From: Acidobacteriaceae bacterium
GTDB lineage: Bacteria > Acidobacteriota > Terriglobia > Terriglobales > Acidobacteriaceae
Length of the DNA: 37,914 nucleotides
Assembly (NCBI GenBank): GCA_030039895.1
Contig: JASHUR010000332.1
Span: 1-37,914, forward strand
Direction: 5' to 3'
Of the stretch, positions 37,528-37,914 are shown piece by piece. The translations under genes were made by a program, and so were the position numbers. The number at the start of each line of letters is the position of its first letter. Position 1 is the stretch's first letter. The notes beneath the pieces were generated by a model, which was given only the letters and a program-made list of their open reading frames with translations, was not told the origin of the DNA and ran no database searches.

Positions 37528-37655
37528 AATTTTGTTCTTCTGCATGGCGTCGCACCGCGCCGCATATTGTTGCCGATCTACACTCTTATCAATGCCATAC
37601 ACAAGTTGGCACGCCCGCATGCGATCGCACACGAATGCACGAATCTACGAAACGA

Positions 37656-37677
37656 ACAGCCACCAGGACAGCCACCA
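37656..37677. repeat. Direct repeat ACAGCCACCA-GG-ACAGCCACCA (integrase arm-site-like)
   Basis: Perfect 10-bp tandem pair about 130 bp from the tRNA fragment. Confidence 0.65.
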
Positions 37678-37914
37678 ATTGGCATCGGGCGTCTGATCCC
37701 TATCTAAATGTGATTTGAGGTCGGCACTGCCGACGGGTTTTGACGTGAGACTCGAACCTACAACCCTTCTGAGCTGCATCCTTTGATTTAGTCCAGCGGT
37801 CGTGAGAGTTTTCCTATAATTGTCGATAGCAAATACGGCGTGCCGGGCCGGGTCCACACCAGCAGCTCGGAGCGCAAAGCACGGGAACGAGACGAATGCA
37901 AAAAAACGCAGATG

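Noticed and set aside
37620-37680. Short repeats as a possible CRISPR array
   Set aside because: The units are 5-10 bp without unique spacers, and there are no cas genes. An att arm region fits better.
37455-37857. Short ORFs at the right end
   Set aside because: They translate the tRNA fragment and att repeats (GGIRTP/EGFEP artefacts).

Overview
Bacterial chromosomal window. The gene repertoire and tmRNA tag suggest Acidobacteria (inference, not verified). The left ~13.5 kb is GC-rich and core-like. It holds tmRNA (ssrA, 160-510, tag ADHQLAYAA), a divergent RfbF-like/RfbG-like nucleotide-sugar pair and a minimal M50 protease. It also holds a three-gene exported redox operon (7-CxxCH cytochrome-TPR, thioredoxin-fold protein, and a cytochrome c/PHM-type copper monooxygenase/TPR fusion with all six PHM copper ligands apparent), fucose-type sugar genes, an S9 peptidase and rpiA. 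The right ~24 kb looks more AT-rich by eye. It is a Wzx/Wzy-dependent exopolysaccharide locus headed by a PilZ protein and a NusG-paralog (UpxY/LoaP-like) antiterminator, with an internal terminator-like hairpin. An atypical LuxR-family regulator and a beta-helix protein lie at its distal end. The locus is bounded on the right by a 3' tRNA-Ser(CGA) fragment with arm-site-like repeats, a probable att scar. The best candidates for undescribed systems are the heme-fed copper monooxygenase operon and the PilZ-antiterminator control module.
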